A stretch of 64,000 nucleotides of DNA, taken from contig JABANN010000001.1 in NCBI GenBank assembly GCA_013115125.1, positions 1 through 64,000 of the forward strand. Reading direction: 5' to 3'. The DNA comes from Perkinsus olseni (Eukaryota). Below, one piece after another: positions 13,065 through 27,190 of the stretch (positions are counted from its first letter, which is position 1; every line of letters starts with the position of its first letter). The notes under the pieces were generated by a model. That model made no database searches, was not told the DNA's origin, and was given only the letters and a program-made list of their open reading frames with translations. Made by a program: the position numbers and the translations under genes.

Positions 13065-16034
13065 ATGCATGATGCTCAGCAGTTGCCCTTCGCTGAACTC
13101 ACTCAGGTCCGCTTCGCTGTGAGACTGTGCTGTTAGAGGTGTGATCGTGTCAGGTCACCGCGGTCCCCACGAATGCGCCTCCTACCACAACATTAGTACC
13201 TAGCGAGCAAAAGGTAGGTTTACCGTTCTGACCTTGAGTTGCCTTCTCCTGCTCTCTCGGACCGACCGTCAGCGGTTGTGGCAGATTGTGGATGATCCAG
13301 AGGAGGTTGACACCGAAGAGCACAACGACGACCCTTCCAGTCTTAGTGAACCGTTGGGGATGGGCCGAGCAAAAATGGTGAGCAGCATCATCGTGGATTC
13401 ATCACTAGTGCGAGGAGGGTCTTAACAGGTCCACCTCGATCTCGACTTGGCCGTTGACTTCGAGTCCACACGACTGGTGGGCCGAGTCGATATCACCTGC
13501 GTGCCGAATACTGCTGGTCCCTGCGAGTTGGTGCTCGACACCAGAGACCTCCAGATCAGACAGGTCAGCAGCCTCTATTCCCCTATCCCCCCATACCTCA
13601 CCATTCCCTAGGTGTACTTGGTAACAGCTCATCCCCCAATCATACCGGGCGCCTCGGCACCGTACATATTACAGGAGCTTCCCTTCGAGCTGGAAGAGGA
13701 CCGGAAAGTGAGCACCTTCGGCAGTCGTCGCGGGTGTAGCGTTGTGTTCAGGATTCTGTCTTCGGAACCCCACTTCGTATAACATTACCCCCAACATGTC
13801 TTGCCGGACAACAGTTGTTCGTCAGAGTGGTCTATGCTACGTCAAGCGATAGTTCTGCCCTTCAATTCCTTACAAAAGAGCAGACCTCTGGAGGTGATGA
13901 TGATGCTCCTCCTGTCCCTTCGTCCATTCTCGTAGTGAGAATGGACGTTGCCCCCATTCAGGTAAATTCCCATTTCTGTTCTCACAATGCGAGGCCATCC
14001 ACGCCAGAGCGATGGTCCCTCTCCAAGATGGCTGCAACTGCAAGGTGAGTGTCGCTGAGGCAGTGGCATTGAACGTATTATTCTCGATCCTTCCCAGGTC
14101 ACCTACTCTGCCCGCGTGAGAGCTCCGACCGAGCTATTCTGTCTGATGTCTGCAATTCGACAAACCTCCGCTGGCCACAGATGCCAGGTAGTAGGCCTAC
14201 TACCCCGCCTCTCCCTTTCTCCAATGTTTCCTATTCCCAACAGCCGCCTCACGACTTCGGCATATCTACAACGCCACCAGAGTTCTCGGGGCTCTGGTCA
14301 GCGCACACCTTCCGCCAAGACGTCGCCATACCGCCGTACCTCATTGCTATTGTATGCGGGGAGTTGGCCGGGAGACGACTTGGCCCTAGTAGGACGCGTT
14401 CTCATGTGGTCTTTGCGAGCATTATTATGTCCCTCAGGGTCCACGGTCTGGGCTGAGCCCTCGGTTGTTGATGAGGCTCAGTGGGAGTTCGAAGAGACGG
14501 AAAAGATACTATCCACGGCCGAGGAGTTGTGCGGTCCGTACAGGTTTGGAGTGTATGTGAATTATCGTTGGCGGCCTTGTCTCAGGCCAGTCGTGTCAGT
14601 TACGACCTCTTTGTGGTGCCTCCATCCTTCCCCTACGGCGGCATGGAAAATCCCTGCCTGACGTTCGTCACGCCCACCCTCCTCGCAGGAGACCGCAGCC
14701 AAGTTGATGTGATCGCTCATGAGATAGCCCACAGCTGGAGCGGCAACCTCGTGACCAACCGTAAGGTGAATTTTGTGAAGTGCGTCTTGGATGGTCCTCC
14801 CGGGCAGGGAACTGGGAGCACTTCTGGTTGAATGAAGGGATGACATGCTTTATTGAGCGAAAGATCGTCGAGTGCTGCTTCGGCGAGGAGCGGGGAGCAC
14901 TTCGAGCTGAGAGCGGCTGGCAAGCGCTACGCCAGTGCGTTGAACGGTAGGGGAAGCTCGAATGGGGGCGGTGGATCATCTAGAGAGCTCCTCAGGACCG
15001 GACCCGACCACAACTTCACATGTCTAGTGCCTGACCTATCCAATGGTGTCGATCCGGATGATTCATTTTCCACCGTGCCCTATGAGAAGGGGGCCAGTCT
15101 ATTGTGGTGAGGCATGTCTGGTCGTTTGAATGCGAGTAGTGAGGTCCTTCCCTGATAGGTACCTTCAAGAACTGGTTGGAGGCGACGAGGTCTTCCAGCC
15201 TTTCGTGAGGAAGTATTTCAATGCTTTCGCTGGCTCCACGGTCACGACACAACAATTCGCAAATTTCTTCATGCAAGAGTTCAAGAACAAGGTGAGATAT
15301 TTCGTGCCCACGCCTCCACATCTTCGAGGATCAGATAACTCAGCAGCCCGACTGGAAGAAGCTCTTCTATTCGCCTGGCATGCCGGAATACAAACCTCCA
15401 TACGACCCCAAACCGGTAGAAGAGGCTAAAGCCCTTGCCGTCACGTGGGAGGAGGCTGCCCATAATGGCGTTATTCCGGAGTGCTTGGGTGTGAGAGATT
15501 GGCCCAGCGCGAAGAAGTGCATCATGCTAAACACTCTCATAAGCGACGGCAGGTGAGACCGAGGCTCCTCAAATTCCTTGTTTATTCTCAAGGCCTGCAT
15601 GCCTGTCAGATTCGAGGATGGTAGATACGCCTCAGATGTCGTGAAGAAGATGAACGATGCCTACGGTTTCCTGGACACAAACTGCGAAGTATCTTGGCGT
15701 TTTGGTTAATAGAGCTAGCGAGTTGTCGTTGTAAGGTGCGCTGCGACTTCATCCAACTCGCCCTATCATCGGGTTGGGAGGAAGCCAAGCAGGAGGCTGT
15801 GAAGTTGGTGACGGAACAAGGCAGGATGAAATTCACTCGAACCCTATACAGGTTAGTGTATTGTCCCAGCAGGGTTTGTTCGGGCATTGGTGCTCTCTGT
15901 GGTTCAGATCGCTAGCTGAAGTCGATCCCGAGCTAGCTAGGAAAACGTTCGAGGAGCATAAGCTTTTCTATCATCCGATATGTCGTAAGATGGTCCAGAA
16001 GGACATCGGGCTTGACAGCGATAGTGATGAGTGA
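13065..16034 (+). CDS. LTA4H: Leukotriene A4 hydrolase-like M1 zinc aminopeptidase, multi-exon
   Basis: [32 protein letters not shown] and VPYEKG motifs, plus the LTA4H C-terminal [13 protein letters not shown]...HKLFYHPI. Start is uncertain (alternative ATG near 12907). Confidence 0.93.
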
Positions 16035-16497
16035 TGACGATAATAAACCGTCCATTATTTCACCTTTTTATCTCCATATGTCGCTTCCTGCTTACTCTGA
16101 TCTCTGTAGTGTTGTACGACCGACGGAACTCACTGAGTCTAGACTGAAGAGAAAGAGCCGTTCTCCGAGTACAGTTGCCACACGCCTCGCCTCCAGGGAG
16201 CTCCAGCGGTGACACGACTGTCACCGACGGTGAAGTTTAATTGTCTGTGTGCGTAGTTATAACGAAAACACAGGGAGAGAGCAGCCAATACCGTAGACGC
16301 ATACACGGAATACGTGCATCCACTAGCGGAACAAATGCCTCCCGGTTCCGCAAAAACAAAAATGCCGGGCAACAAGCGTGGTATTCCTTTTGGTTCACCA
16401 AGTTGAATTCTCCCCTTCCAACGTGATGTTCACCCGGTGAGGTGCATAATCGTCGTCGCTAAGCTCAAACGTTTCTCGCACGCATCGCTGTGCTTTC

Positions 16498-19400
16498 CTA
16501 TTGCCGACCTAGTGCTTTCCTCAACGGGATCGTCGTAGTGAGTATCTTTCTGTACACAATTAACTCGCTTGCCAAGATACTTGCATGTGAAACGGTCTGC
16601 CCAGCATGGGTTGGCGCTGATGGACCATAGACCCTTTTGAGCCCTCCGTCGTTCTTGAGTTCCGGCCAGTTCCTATTTAACACTGAACATCTTACACCAC
16701 ATCTTTCACATCATGTGAGACTAATCCCCGACTCTTGGGTTGAGCGAGGCAAGGCAACTTTGCAACGCAACATGTCTCGACAAGAGAAAGGCTCATCAAT
16801 AACACATGCACTGATACTCATCATTATCCATCGGCTCGGAGAACTTTCGCTGCATTTGAATCGTCCACATCATTCTGACGCCTCTTGCGGTTCGCGAATG
16901 GGTTACCCTATCGATAGATCGCTTCCCCATCAACCTCCGTACAGGACTCACCCTAATCGGCCCCCGCTTCGAGATTCCTTGGTTCCTGCCTTCGGTCACC
17001 TCTTCCGTTACAGGGGCCTCCCGGCGCTGTTCTCCCTCGACCGGATCGAAAGCCGTCCGCGGTGGTGCTGTACGTGCAGGGGATGGTACACTCGTCTGTC
17101 CACTGGGAGCAGAGCTCGGTATGACAGGCCGAGCCTGTGGTACAGCGGGTATACTAGGGCTCGCTATTGATGCCATATCTTCCTCAATACGGGCAGCCAA
17201 CAGTGGCTGACCGAGCTTCAAAGCCATCTGAAAAGAAGTAGGTGGAGTTGCAGCGACAAATCTTGGCAGCGCGGCGATCCACATGATTCGCACGGCCTCT
17301 TCGAAATTCACAAAAACCACTCAAATCCATCCATCCTTATATCGACCGACCTTCGCCATGAACCTCGGAGTGGCCGGTATCTGTAGAGCGAGTGTAGAGG
17401 TATCATAGGCAGCTTCTAGCTGCTTCGACTGCACTAGGTCGCGGAATGTCATCACCAACTTCTTTTCTAGACCAACCTACAGATACGTCACAGCCAGCGA
17501 GTTGTGGCGATGATCATGACGAAGCTACCGTAGTCTTTTTCATTTCGCTCGGATCTTCCCCAAGGTCGACGCCCCGGTCCCAACAGAATCTGAGTACAAT
17601 GGAATTCAGGCCGCAAGGCGATCGAGAACGTACTGCTTCCAGGTTGCCACAGCCCGCTCCGCGAAGGCACGCTCATTCTCCGGTCGGTCGCCAAGACTGG
17701 TCTTCTGAAAACAGAAGCCGCTCGTACGATCTCTTAATTCCCAGCTGATGGACCGACATCAGAGCCCTTTGACGAGCTCAGGCGGATCCTCCAGATTATC
17801 GAGGGAATGACTCTCGGCAAGGCCAGCCCTCTCGGCTCATATGCATCCTCGTAGCGCGTCCGGCAGATATGGAGATTGAGGCCTGACCATCCAACGTCGA
17901 CGGCGTGGTGGTCGCGGCGTCAAGAGCCCCACCAGTGCCGCCGATGGCCCAGAAGCCTTCGTTTTCACGTTGGATCTCGGCAACGCAATCGTACACAGGC
18001 ATCCACCTGGAACATGAGATAGACCGAGCAATCAGGGTGGGTGTATGGTTGCCTGAGGTCCACAGATGGCCCGGCGGTAGCCATCCCTGTAGGAAGTAGG
18101 GCCCGCAGCATCCCTACTGAGTCCATCGACAGAGGTATCGACTCGGAAGTCATCCTAAAAGAGACAAGATTCCCGACGACTCCGCCTGCTCCAGCGTCCA
18201 CCCAATCCAGGTGAGGGTCGGCCCCTGGCCAGCGTCGTGATGGCCATCAGCCGATACTGGTAGGGGTCCCTCCGAGAGAACGCCCACTCGACTTCCACTG
18301 CCGGCGCTATGGGCTAAGCAGTACCTAAGGGGAGCATCAAATGAAGGGCAGTCACCGGAGCGATTGGCGACCTGATCTTGGTGGCATCACCACCGTGATC
18401 AGCCACAGCCCAGAGGATAAGGCCGCTCGAGGCCGACGCGACCATGCTAACAGGCCGGCTAGACGGGCAGCCAATAGAGAGGACGTTGGTCGGGAGCCCA
18501 GCATTGAGAGACCTACAACGAGCCATGACGAGCATGGAGGCCCTCGGAAGATTCGCCTACCAAATTCGGATGCGCGGGCCGAGCTTCCTGCAGTTGGTCA
18601 TCCCCGTGACGAAGTCCCGGCCAATAGCAACGCAAACTAGCTGCTCACCAGAGGGCACTGACGCCGTCCAGTCTCGAGGGCCCGAGTTGGATATTCCTGG
18701 CCGATAATTTGCCGATGGTCGGAATTGAACCTGCGTGGATTAGGCCCTGAGCTCCACCGAGCTACTCGGAAACCCTCGTCATAGACGGTGCTCTCACAGG
18801 AAAGCTTCGGCTGGCACACAGTGTCTCACCGAGTGCGATCGGATGTAAAGAAGTTCACCCCTCGGGAAGCGGTACCCTGGAAACATTAGTCGGATTCTCT
18901 CCGCCCTGTTTGGTGTCCGTCACGAAATCATCCTCATCATATGCATCCTCATCAGTGGCTTCACTTGCCAAGCACGGAGCGCCTATCGAAGCACTGAGGG
19001 TGATTTGCAGGGAAGCTTCCACCCTCACCGAGGACGACTCCCTTGTCGCTGATGCTGGCCATCGACCAGCCGTAAACGGAGTCCTTAATCCGAGTTTGCC
19101 GAGGAGGTGCCCCGGGTGTGGTATAGGTGATCTACCCCAACGTCGATAGGGCGGAGATTGCGATATGACCCTACCTCAAGGGCGCTCTCAGGGACCTCAT
19201 CATCGGGGATTTGGACGTCCGGAGGGGTGAGCATCTGTCTCGTAACGACCCCGTGCGAGTTCCAGCAGAGCAGTATCTGCAAACGGGTCCACTGGACGGC
19301 TAAGTGAGGGAGATTGACCTTGTTTATTCCGTTATTCCCCTCGGTCGCTTGGATCCCTTGAGGGGTATTGGCACCAGGGCAGAAGGCTGGCTGCATCGTC

Positions 19401-19860
19401 ATCATGCGAGTGGGGCGTTGATGACGGGGATCTCGCGATACTTCAACACGAGCAGGGGATGCTACTGCCGATGGCTCCGGTGGGGAAGCAGCCTGCTCCT
19501 GAACGCAGGCAGAGGCTCACGGGCAAGAGGTTGGGACCGGGCTGGGGCTACCCGCTCAGCCGTAGCGTCTATCTCGTCCATAAGTTCATCTTCCGAATTG
19601 GGGGCCTCCTGATGTGGATCCTCCTCCGCGAAGAGATCATCAGCTCTGGTGTCATCACCCCCGGCGGAAGAAGCTGTGGAGGGCACTCCTGTGTACTGGA
19701 TAGGAACGTAGATGTTACCAGCTTCCTCGTCTACAAAGTCCTTGGCGGTTTTCAGGCGGCGACCTGTAGTGGGTTTCGCGGGGCTGCTCGGGGACGAAGG
19801 CGAAGAGGATGATGACCGCGCCGGGGAAGAGGACGAGGGGGAGGAGGAGGGTGAGCTCAT
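16498..19860 (-). CDS. WDHD1: Ctf4/AND-1/WDHD1-like replisome hub (SepB/Mcl1_mid beta-propeller plus helical domain), multi-exon
   Basis: QPAFCPGANTP...LLCWNSHGVV, LSIGCPSSRPVSMVA, LTWIGW...PLSMDSVGMLRAL, WMPVYD...FWAIG and helical LGQPLLAARIEE parallel AND-1 (QKPFQSGSTP..FMVWNSIGII / LAWIGFS..PCYVDSEGIVRML / WTPI..YWVVG). Confidence 0.78.
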
Positions 19861-20022
19861 GACGCTTCGGTACAACTGGTCGAGGGATCGCATTCAGCAC
19901 TGCAACTCGACGCCAACAAGTATTCACATCAATAACGCCTGGTAACAACACATGCCACTTTGAACAGCGACGGCCGATTGAATTCAATGGCGGGCTGAGG
20001 GCAGAGCAGCAGATTGAGCATC

Positions 20023-22629
20023 TCAGGACCAGCCCATTCCCTCAATACCTCGCTGTATGGCCTCCTTAACCTTGGACACGTCGATTTCACAAGGCTCCTT
20101 AGAAAGATCTCCGCACGATCGAATGACTGAGGGGAGCGGCAGTAGAGCAGACAACGTGGATGCTGCCCAGACTTACTCGTGACGATCTCGTGGTCCACCA
20201 GCCTCCTCCCAATACAGCTAGCGACCAACTCGTTCAACTCATCCGGATCGATGCGGCTTCGCGAAGTGAAGTCCTCGCAAGATCTATCAAGTGATCGAGT
20301 GCCTTCTGGTATAATGTGATGGGCTTACTCTAAGGGGGCCAGCTTCTTAGCTATAGTGTTGAGGTCGCTGTAGTGGAACCCCATTGACGATCCCTGCTCT
20401 TCCATATACCTGGCACAAGCCGGGGCTCAGATTGGGACCAAAGGAACAGAGCAGCGGCAGTCCAGGGTTGGCAGCAGCAGCCTACTACTTGAGGGTGTAC
20501 TCATCCGCTCTGACGATATAGAAGGGCACTGCTGCTAGGGTTACTGTGGCTCCTACATAGAACTCGGACGGCGAGAACCTGAAACCGTGGGATGGTACAG
20601 GGTTGGTAGGGCGAGAGAAGCGAGCATTTCGGAGCACGTTGGCTCACCATTGTCCGGTAGCGGGGTTCCTCTTCCTTGACTTCTCCGAGAATTTGCCCTC
20701 GGTCTGGCCAGAGTTTCGACACCTCATCTCCCACACAGCGACTTGGTCGTCCAACAGATACACGCCAATAATGAACCTGTACGCAAGTCGCTGTCGTCCA
20801 GTTTGTTACTTGAAGGAGCACTCGAGCGCAGCGGCCCGTCACCTTCTGTTGGCATCCTCGGGCTGGTTGTTGTCCATTCTCGCCTCGAAGCGTAGTATCT
20901 TGCCCGAGTTCATCATCTTCTTCACCATATCTTGCCGTGGGGGCTTCGGACGAAGGGAATAGCAGGAGCCCCTGGAAAGGTGGTGGCCAAGGCAGCAGCA
21001 CGCACAGGCATCTCACAGTGAGTCCTCCTCCAGGCCAACACCGATGTGAGGAGGCTTGGTCAGCTCGTAGTGGGTCGGCGGCTCCACATCAAGCTCAACT
21101 GCCTCCTGAGGGTTGCCGTTGAACCTGCGCCCAGGAAAACTTTTTCTTGCCCCGGAAATCAATCCCTACTTCTTGTAAAACTCCCTCGTGGCTGAGTCGC
21201 AGTCGTAGATGAAGAAGTCACGACCATAGACTGCGATGGTAGTATTAGTGGAGAGGTCGTGCGGACTGTACCTGACACAGGCAAAAGCTGAGGAGCTCCA
21301 GCGACTGGGAGGCAATATTACTGCATTCGCCCGCCGGTCTCATCGTAGGCAGTCTTCATCTCATCCACGAACATGCCTGGTGTATGGACCTGGCCACCTC
21401 CGTTCTCAGCCGTCGTCACCCGCAGCCCCAGTCCTACCGGTATGGGCTTCTTGAGGAGTGGCCCTCTCTTATAGAAAGTGGGGTAGCGATCACGGCCCGA
21501 GTTCCTAGTATGTATTTCCAGTATCTCCATAGTATCGTCAACCAGGAAGAAGTGGATCGTATAGTACTGCCGCGTGCCGTACCTGCCCAGGCGGATCAGC
21601 TGCACGATTTAGCGACACCCTGGAAGGGGCCTTTTGTTCTGTAAACAGCCTCCCTCATCTCACCGGGTCTTGTCGTCCCAGTAGGCGTAGAATCTGAGCA
21701 CTTTTCTGTCGTTTTCCAAGTACTGTTTCATCTTAGGGTTGGTACGGCCACCTCCGAGGATCATCTCATTGTAGCTGAACACCAGCATCACGTTCCGCAG
21801 CGTACTCCGCAGGACCAAGGGGATTGATCGAAAGAAACCGGTCAGTAATGGTCGAGGTCTTGGACGCGACTCCGGTGGTATTCAGAGCCAAGCGCAAGCG
21901 GATACGGGATGTACATCGTGTACCTACACTTTCTGTTCCCGCACGGCCTCAGGGATGGGCTGCTGAGACAGCTGGACTGATTTCTGTTTCGCAGCAGTAT
22001 ACTGATCCAATGGGGTCTCCCTCTCCTCCCCTACCAAGGGCCACATCTATGCCAGCAGCTGGTCCAAGGGCGTCGACCTACCTATGTCCAGCCCGTGCTC
22101 CTTATAGAAGTCCTTCGTGAACTTATCACATGAAGTGACCATGAACTTCCTCCCATAGACATTGATGGTGATGCCGCAGCGCAGGTTATCAGGACCAAAG
22201 TAGCCTCCATCAGGATGCTCAACTCTGTGTCGCTTCAGGAAGGGCCCCTGGGGGTGGCACCGTGTGACAGAGGGACCCGCTGACGCTCGTTGCTCACTAC
22301 CTGTTGGAGGCCACTGTTGTGGACCTTAGGCTCCGAAATCTGCAAGGAGCCGTCTTCCAAGTAGTAGAATATCGTGCACCTGACGAACCCGAGAGGAAAG
22401 TCCCAGTCCCCGGCTACCCCGGGCACGCACTTCCTAATCCTGAAGTTCTCAATTGGCGACTCCACCACGGGCTCTTGGAAGTAAGCGTAGTACCGGAGCA
22501 CCTGATCGAACGTGTCCCGTAGCCGAAAGTTGCAGAGGCGAAAGGCAGTAGTAGTCTGACCTGCTTGTCGTGCTGCATCCAGGCCGGCTGGATGCGGAGG
22601 TCTGGGGCGTTCTTCGCTACAGCTACCAT
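20023..22629 (-). CDS. EFHC1: EFHC1/Rib72-type axonemal microtubule inner protein with three DM10 domains, multi-exon
   Basis: PAWMQHDKQVLRYYAYFQE.VVES..ENFRIRKCTIFYYLEDGSLQISEP..NSGLQQGPFLKRH (DM10-1), ENDRKVLRFYAYWDD...YTIHFFLVDDTMEILE..NSGRD.YPTFYKR (DM10-2) and LRFEARMD..PEDANRRFIIG (DM10-3). Confidence 0.92.
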
Positions 22630-22781
22630 TGGTCAAATGCCTGCCAAGCTGATGCTTGCCTCCGACAGCGGGAAGAACACAACCCTTCCTGTTTCCACAA
22701 CATGGAAACTAATTCCAATGCTCATGGTATCAACGAGTATCGATTGATCCACGACGCAATGAAGGAGCCATGCACTGCAAT

Positions 22782-25371
22782 TTAAGCCTTCAGAGGGAAC
22801 CCCGGCACGATCGGCCGTAGATGGTGAGCGCAGGAGCCGGCTGGGGTCACGCCGATCTGACTAGGCCTCCAAGAGCAAGGCATCTGAAAGGGCTTCACGT
22901 CACTCAGCGGAAGCCGACCCCAGGCACGAGCGCTCGTTCATGACTACTTGTAAGGCAGGCAGCGGCTGGGAGACAACCTGAGGCCCACTAGAAGGCATTG
23001 TGTGGTAGGAGGGGTTGAGCGAGACGGATCTGACTTGGATGCCGCTTGGATCGGCTAGGCTAAAGAGCATCTAAACCCCGTCACCACACCTTACCTTATC
23101 CGAGCTCCTCCGATGCCGCCACCAGCAGTGGGCGGCGGTCCACCACATCCGACAATCCTGCCTACTACCGGTGGGGGAGGGCCCCCCGCTAGAAAGGGCA
23201 CAACGGCACCGGATGGGTGAAAGCTCAGGCGGGGAGCCCCGAGTTCCAGTCGAGGCATCGGTATTCGCCAAGCTTGAGGACCGAGTCCACCAACCGGAAT
23301 ACGCCTGACCGCCACAGTCCAACAGCGGCAGGTATCAACTGCTCACCCAGATGCCTGCATTCCGAAACCTCGATTAACGGGAGGAGGCAGGGACCGGGCG
23401 AGGCATCGCTCCGCATGTGAATGGGGTTGTATGGGCGGTAGGACAGCCTTCGGAGGGAGAGTCACCGGCTGCGCAACCTGTCGACCACCGGGCATCGCCA
23501 GCCGAGCGTTGTACGCACCCAGTTACCTTCGGCCCAGACTGAGCAGTACCGCTGCGCAGAGGTGTGGTCCGCTTCCGCACCAAAGTGGAGTGTCCTTCTG
23601 TCTTCCCCCGGGTAGCCCGCTTCCTCGCATCCCGTTCAATATTCCAAATCCGATCCAGATGCTCCCTTAGACGCTGGTGGCCCCAGGGGTCTATCTCGCT
23701 GTCCTTGGGCGCAGTCCTATGGGCTGCGTTCCAGTGCCTGCCGCCAGCCCGCTAGTACCGATCCGAAGCTTCCTAACACGGTACTTGGTGTCGCTTGGGT
23801 CGGCCAGTTCTATCCCGTAGAGCATGTTGTGCTTCCTCAACCAGTTGAGGGACGCCAGGAACCCGACACAGTCGATGCCTGCTCAGCACTGAGGTCGGCT
23901 AGACACCACTGGTCCTTACTGTAGCGCTCAAAGGCTCTTCGAAAGTACCACAACTTCCACGACCGCTGAATCCGGCTTGCACGGAAGCTGCGGCCAAGGC
24001 GAGGGGTCCTCGGCAGCTCTAAGGACGCCCTGTCATTATCTCTGGACACAGAGGCTACCTGGATCAACCTCGCTGCCCTCCTTGAGTGGAGGCTTCACCT
24101 CCTCGGAACCTGCTCTCGAAGGCCGTAGTCTCGGCGTCATCGGACCTGATACGTCTCGCCTCCATCACGAGCAGGATGAGTTAACTTGGGGTGATCCCAC
24201 CCCTCGTCTTCATCGGTCTTCTTGTACCAAGCCGAGGTGTAGAAGGCGTCTTCCCCGAACCTTCGACGTGCGCTCCTAGAGACATATGATACCACCAACC
24301 TACTCCGATCGCCCGTTGGTGCATGGCGTCGATCATTCTTCTTCGCCGATGCGCTACTAGGCGGGGGACGCCTGACGAATTCTGCGCCCCTCGGACAGCG
24401 GCTCTCAAGCCCCACCCCCTCGCCGCCGATGCAGGAGGCGCTGCGATCGCCGGTGGACCATGACGCCGAGGCTCCTGCTGTGGAGCTGTCGCTAGTAGCC
24501 CACTAGACTTGAGGCTCGGCGGCACCGACGAGTACCTAGTACAAGTCTGGACGGCAACACATTAGAAGCATACCTTATGATATCTGGAGCCTGTCTTCTG
24601 TCGGGCGTCACTGGGCCAGAGGATGACGATCGGACGACGCTCCTGGAGCTCAATGGCAGTCCAGGAACGAAGAAAGGTGGTGGTTGGGTTATTAAGGGCG
24701 GTACCTACCGCCGCCGCCCCACATTCGGTGGTTGACAGGATTTCGACTAGCCTACAACTGCTTGCCCACCGATGAGCCAAGAAGGATTGCTAACTGGCTG
24801 CAAGGACGTGAATGTCGGCGGAGCGATGGCTGACAACGATCTGAATGATGCAACAACGAGCCAAAGGTTCCCACTTGTTCGGGGCGTATGCAAGGTGCGG
24901 CTCAGTGACCGACTACTAGCATTAGAGCCGATGGAGCATTCTCTCCGGCTAGAGTAGCCCACGGGTACGGAGAGCTGTGGAGCAGCCCCTGGGATCCGCG
25001 AGACCTCTGAACCTCGACGCGAGAATGGGTGTGGGGAAGGTCCTCGCTGGACAGGCGCGCCGAGAGAGACCACAACCTGACAGGGATGATGGCCGACCAG
25101 CGCGATGCCTTGGATAGAACCAGCGGCACCCTTGGAGGCACTGCAGAAGAGAAGGCTGGCTTGGAAGTGCATGGAGCTCTGTATTCTAGAGGGCCAAGCG
25201 GGAACGGTGATAGGAAGCGGAGCTTGGGACCTGACAACGAGGAGGGTCGCATCAGAGCCGACCATGAGCGGGCGGAGGGCTATCTCGGAGGCGGCGAGCG
25301 GAAGAACCGAGAGGGAGCCCACGCCCACCTTCCGGAGGATGGAGCAGGGTCGGAACGGCAACGACCATCTT
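22782..25371 (-). CDS. Hypothetical protein(s), multi-exon; no recognisable domain
   Basis: Runs of open exon-sized segments bounded by GT/AG on the minus strand (e.g. WYFRRAFERYSKDQWCLADL, WLRKHNMLYGIELADPSDTKYR, ending VPGFPLKA*). This could be one or two genes. Confidence 0.35.
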
Positions 25372-25710
25372 AGGAATAACGCAACGCCAAACTGCGCTGA
25401 TCACCGAACTCAACCGCGCAATTACAGTAGCGCACGCCCGAAAATGATCCCGGTGGTATTCAGCAAGGCAGTTGTTCAGAATCGATTCTGGAACCGCATT
25501 TAACGTGTAGAAGTCCATTCAAGAATGGTTTCTGAGTTCTAGAACTACTTCACATAACAGGGGGTTCGGGTGGGGTCCGTTAAAGTACTCCTGTGGAATA
25601 CGCCCTCCGTGGCCCTCGGATTTAAGGTGTACTTGGAAATGAATCTAACTTCAGGACACTCGAATGGATATACGATTGCGGAAGTATGCCGGGAGCTGAA
25701 GTAGATCAGG

Positions 25711-27190
25711 GCAGCTGATCAACCCGATACCAACAGTTGTTTCTGAAACAAACTTATTCAACTATTGTGGCATCTGATCGAAGAAAGTGTTCGCTTTTGC
25801 CGCCGCTTTTAGTGTCAAGACGGATGTCAGTGATGACAGCCTCCTTGCATACACTCTTGACCATATCTTATATTGTCAATGCTGCTACACTGACCGCAGT
25901 CAAAGCTTCCATCTCGACGCCCGTGGCATCACGACAGGCGACCTCCGACGTTAGATGCACCCCTACGCCACCGGGAGCTCGTGCCAACTGCACATCAGCG
26001 AAATCCAACCTGATGGCACCTTAGTAGATATCGAGGATCGGTGATGTTACCTTACGTTATGACACAAGGGGACGAGATCAGCTGTCTTCTTGGCAGCCTG
26101 TACCCCGGCAACTTGAGCAGTCAGCGCTACCAGGCCTTTGGCCGACTCTCCCATTATGATGTCAGTAACTTCTCGCGAAATGTTCGTTATCTTGCATGAG
26201 GCCGTTGCCCTTCGGGGGTTGGGGGTTTTGGATGACACATCCACCATTCAGATGCCACTCGAAGACGCCCGGCTCAGGTGGGTAGGAGCAAGAGCTGAGG
26301 CCAGGCGGACCACCCCTCCTGACTGAAGCATTAATGGCGCGAAGGGGCTGAAAAAAACTAATTCGCCATTCGGAAAACGACATCGGCCGAGGAAAGAAAT
26401 ATCTTGCATCACACAGCTGAAGCACGTGCCCACAGCCCAGTCGGCGGCTACAAATTCGGGTGGTGCGAACAAGGAGAGAAGGTTCAAACTAAGTTGGTAA
26501 CCAGGAATTTCTCCGAGCGTCATGACTACAGAGGGCCGGTACGTTACCAGTAACGAGCACATGACTATTCCTGAGAGCGATGAGCTCCTCTGCAGAGTAT
26601 GCCGAGCCTCGGCAGCCGAGGGACAGGTCACCGAGGATGAGCACCGAGGATGAGCACATACGGTATGCTCACACCGTATGCTACTGCTGGTGATTATGAT
26701 CACAAGAGCTCTAGTGAGGATTGCTCAGGCTATATAGTGAACCCGTAGGACATCATTCACATCGGATGTAGTTCCTCGACGCTCATAGCCAACAGCCAAC
26801 AGTTCTCAGATAACGCCATGAACGCACACTCGGTGGGCCTGAAGAGCACCTGGGGGCTCACCGACCGAAGACCCTGTCACCACCACTAACCTCAAACTCG
26901 AAGCCCTAGTAGGTATGGAAAGCCGTAGCTTATGATGCGTGCAACTGCGTAAGGAATGTGGCAAATGGTCTGGCAGCGCAACTACGATGAATAGCGCGCG
27001 TCTAGCCACGCACGCTTCCCCATAAAAAATATTAAACGAATTAGCTAAGCTCAGACTGGCGTCTTGATAAATACGGCGGACTATCACAGCTAGGGCCATA
27101 AGCGTACCGTGCACTGACGGCGAAACGAAAGGAAAATTGGGAGCAGCAGCGGCTCTAACAAACTACGAGGTCCTCGGACCGGCCAACACC
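25711..27190. repeat. Segmental duplication, copy A (copy B ~30396-31575, offset ~4.7 kb)
   Basis: Near-identical over 25711-26016 vs 30396-30701, clearly diverged in moaC exon 1, and patchily alignable further on (e.g. ataagcgtaccgtgcactgacggc vs ataagcgcaccgtgcactgacggc). Confidence 0.85.
25754..26331 (-). pseudogene. moaC: moaC/MOCS1B (cyclic pyranopterin monophosphate synthase) copy 1, two nonsense codons
   Basis: Same two-exon structure as copy 2, but TGA replaces CGA (Arg before MVDV, 26248-26250) and TAA replaces TAC (Tyr of the conserved TIYDM, 25868-25870). Confidence 0.88.

Noticed and set aside
16498-20237. Possible degenerate retroelement suggested by many fragmented ORFs
   Set aside because: No RT, integrase or transposase motifs. 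The minus-strand exons splice into a Ctf4/AND-1 homologue.
25868-26250. Stop-codon reassignment or selenocysteine readthrough in moaC copy 1
   Set aside because: Two different stops (TGA for Arg, TAA for Tyr), each a single-base change from the intact paralogue. All other genes end normally at TAA, TAG or TGA.
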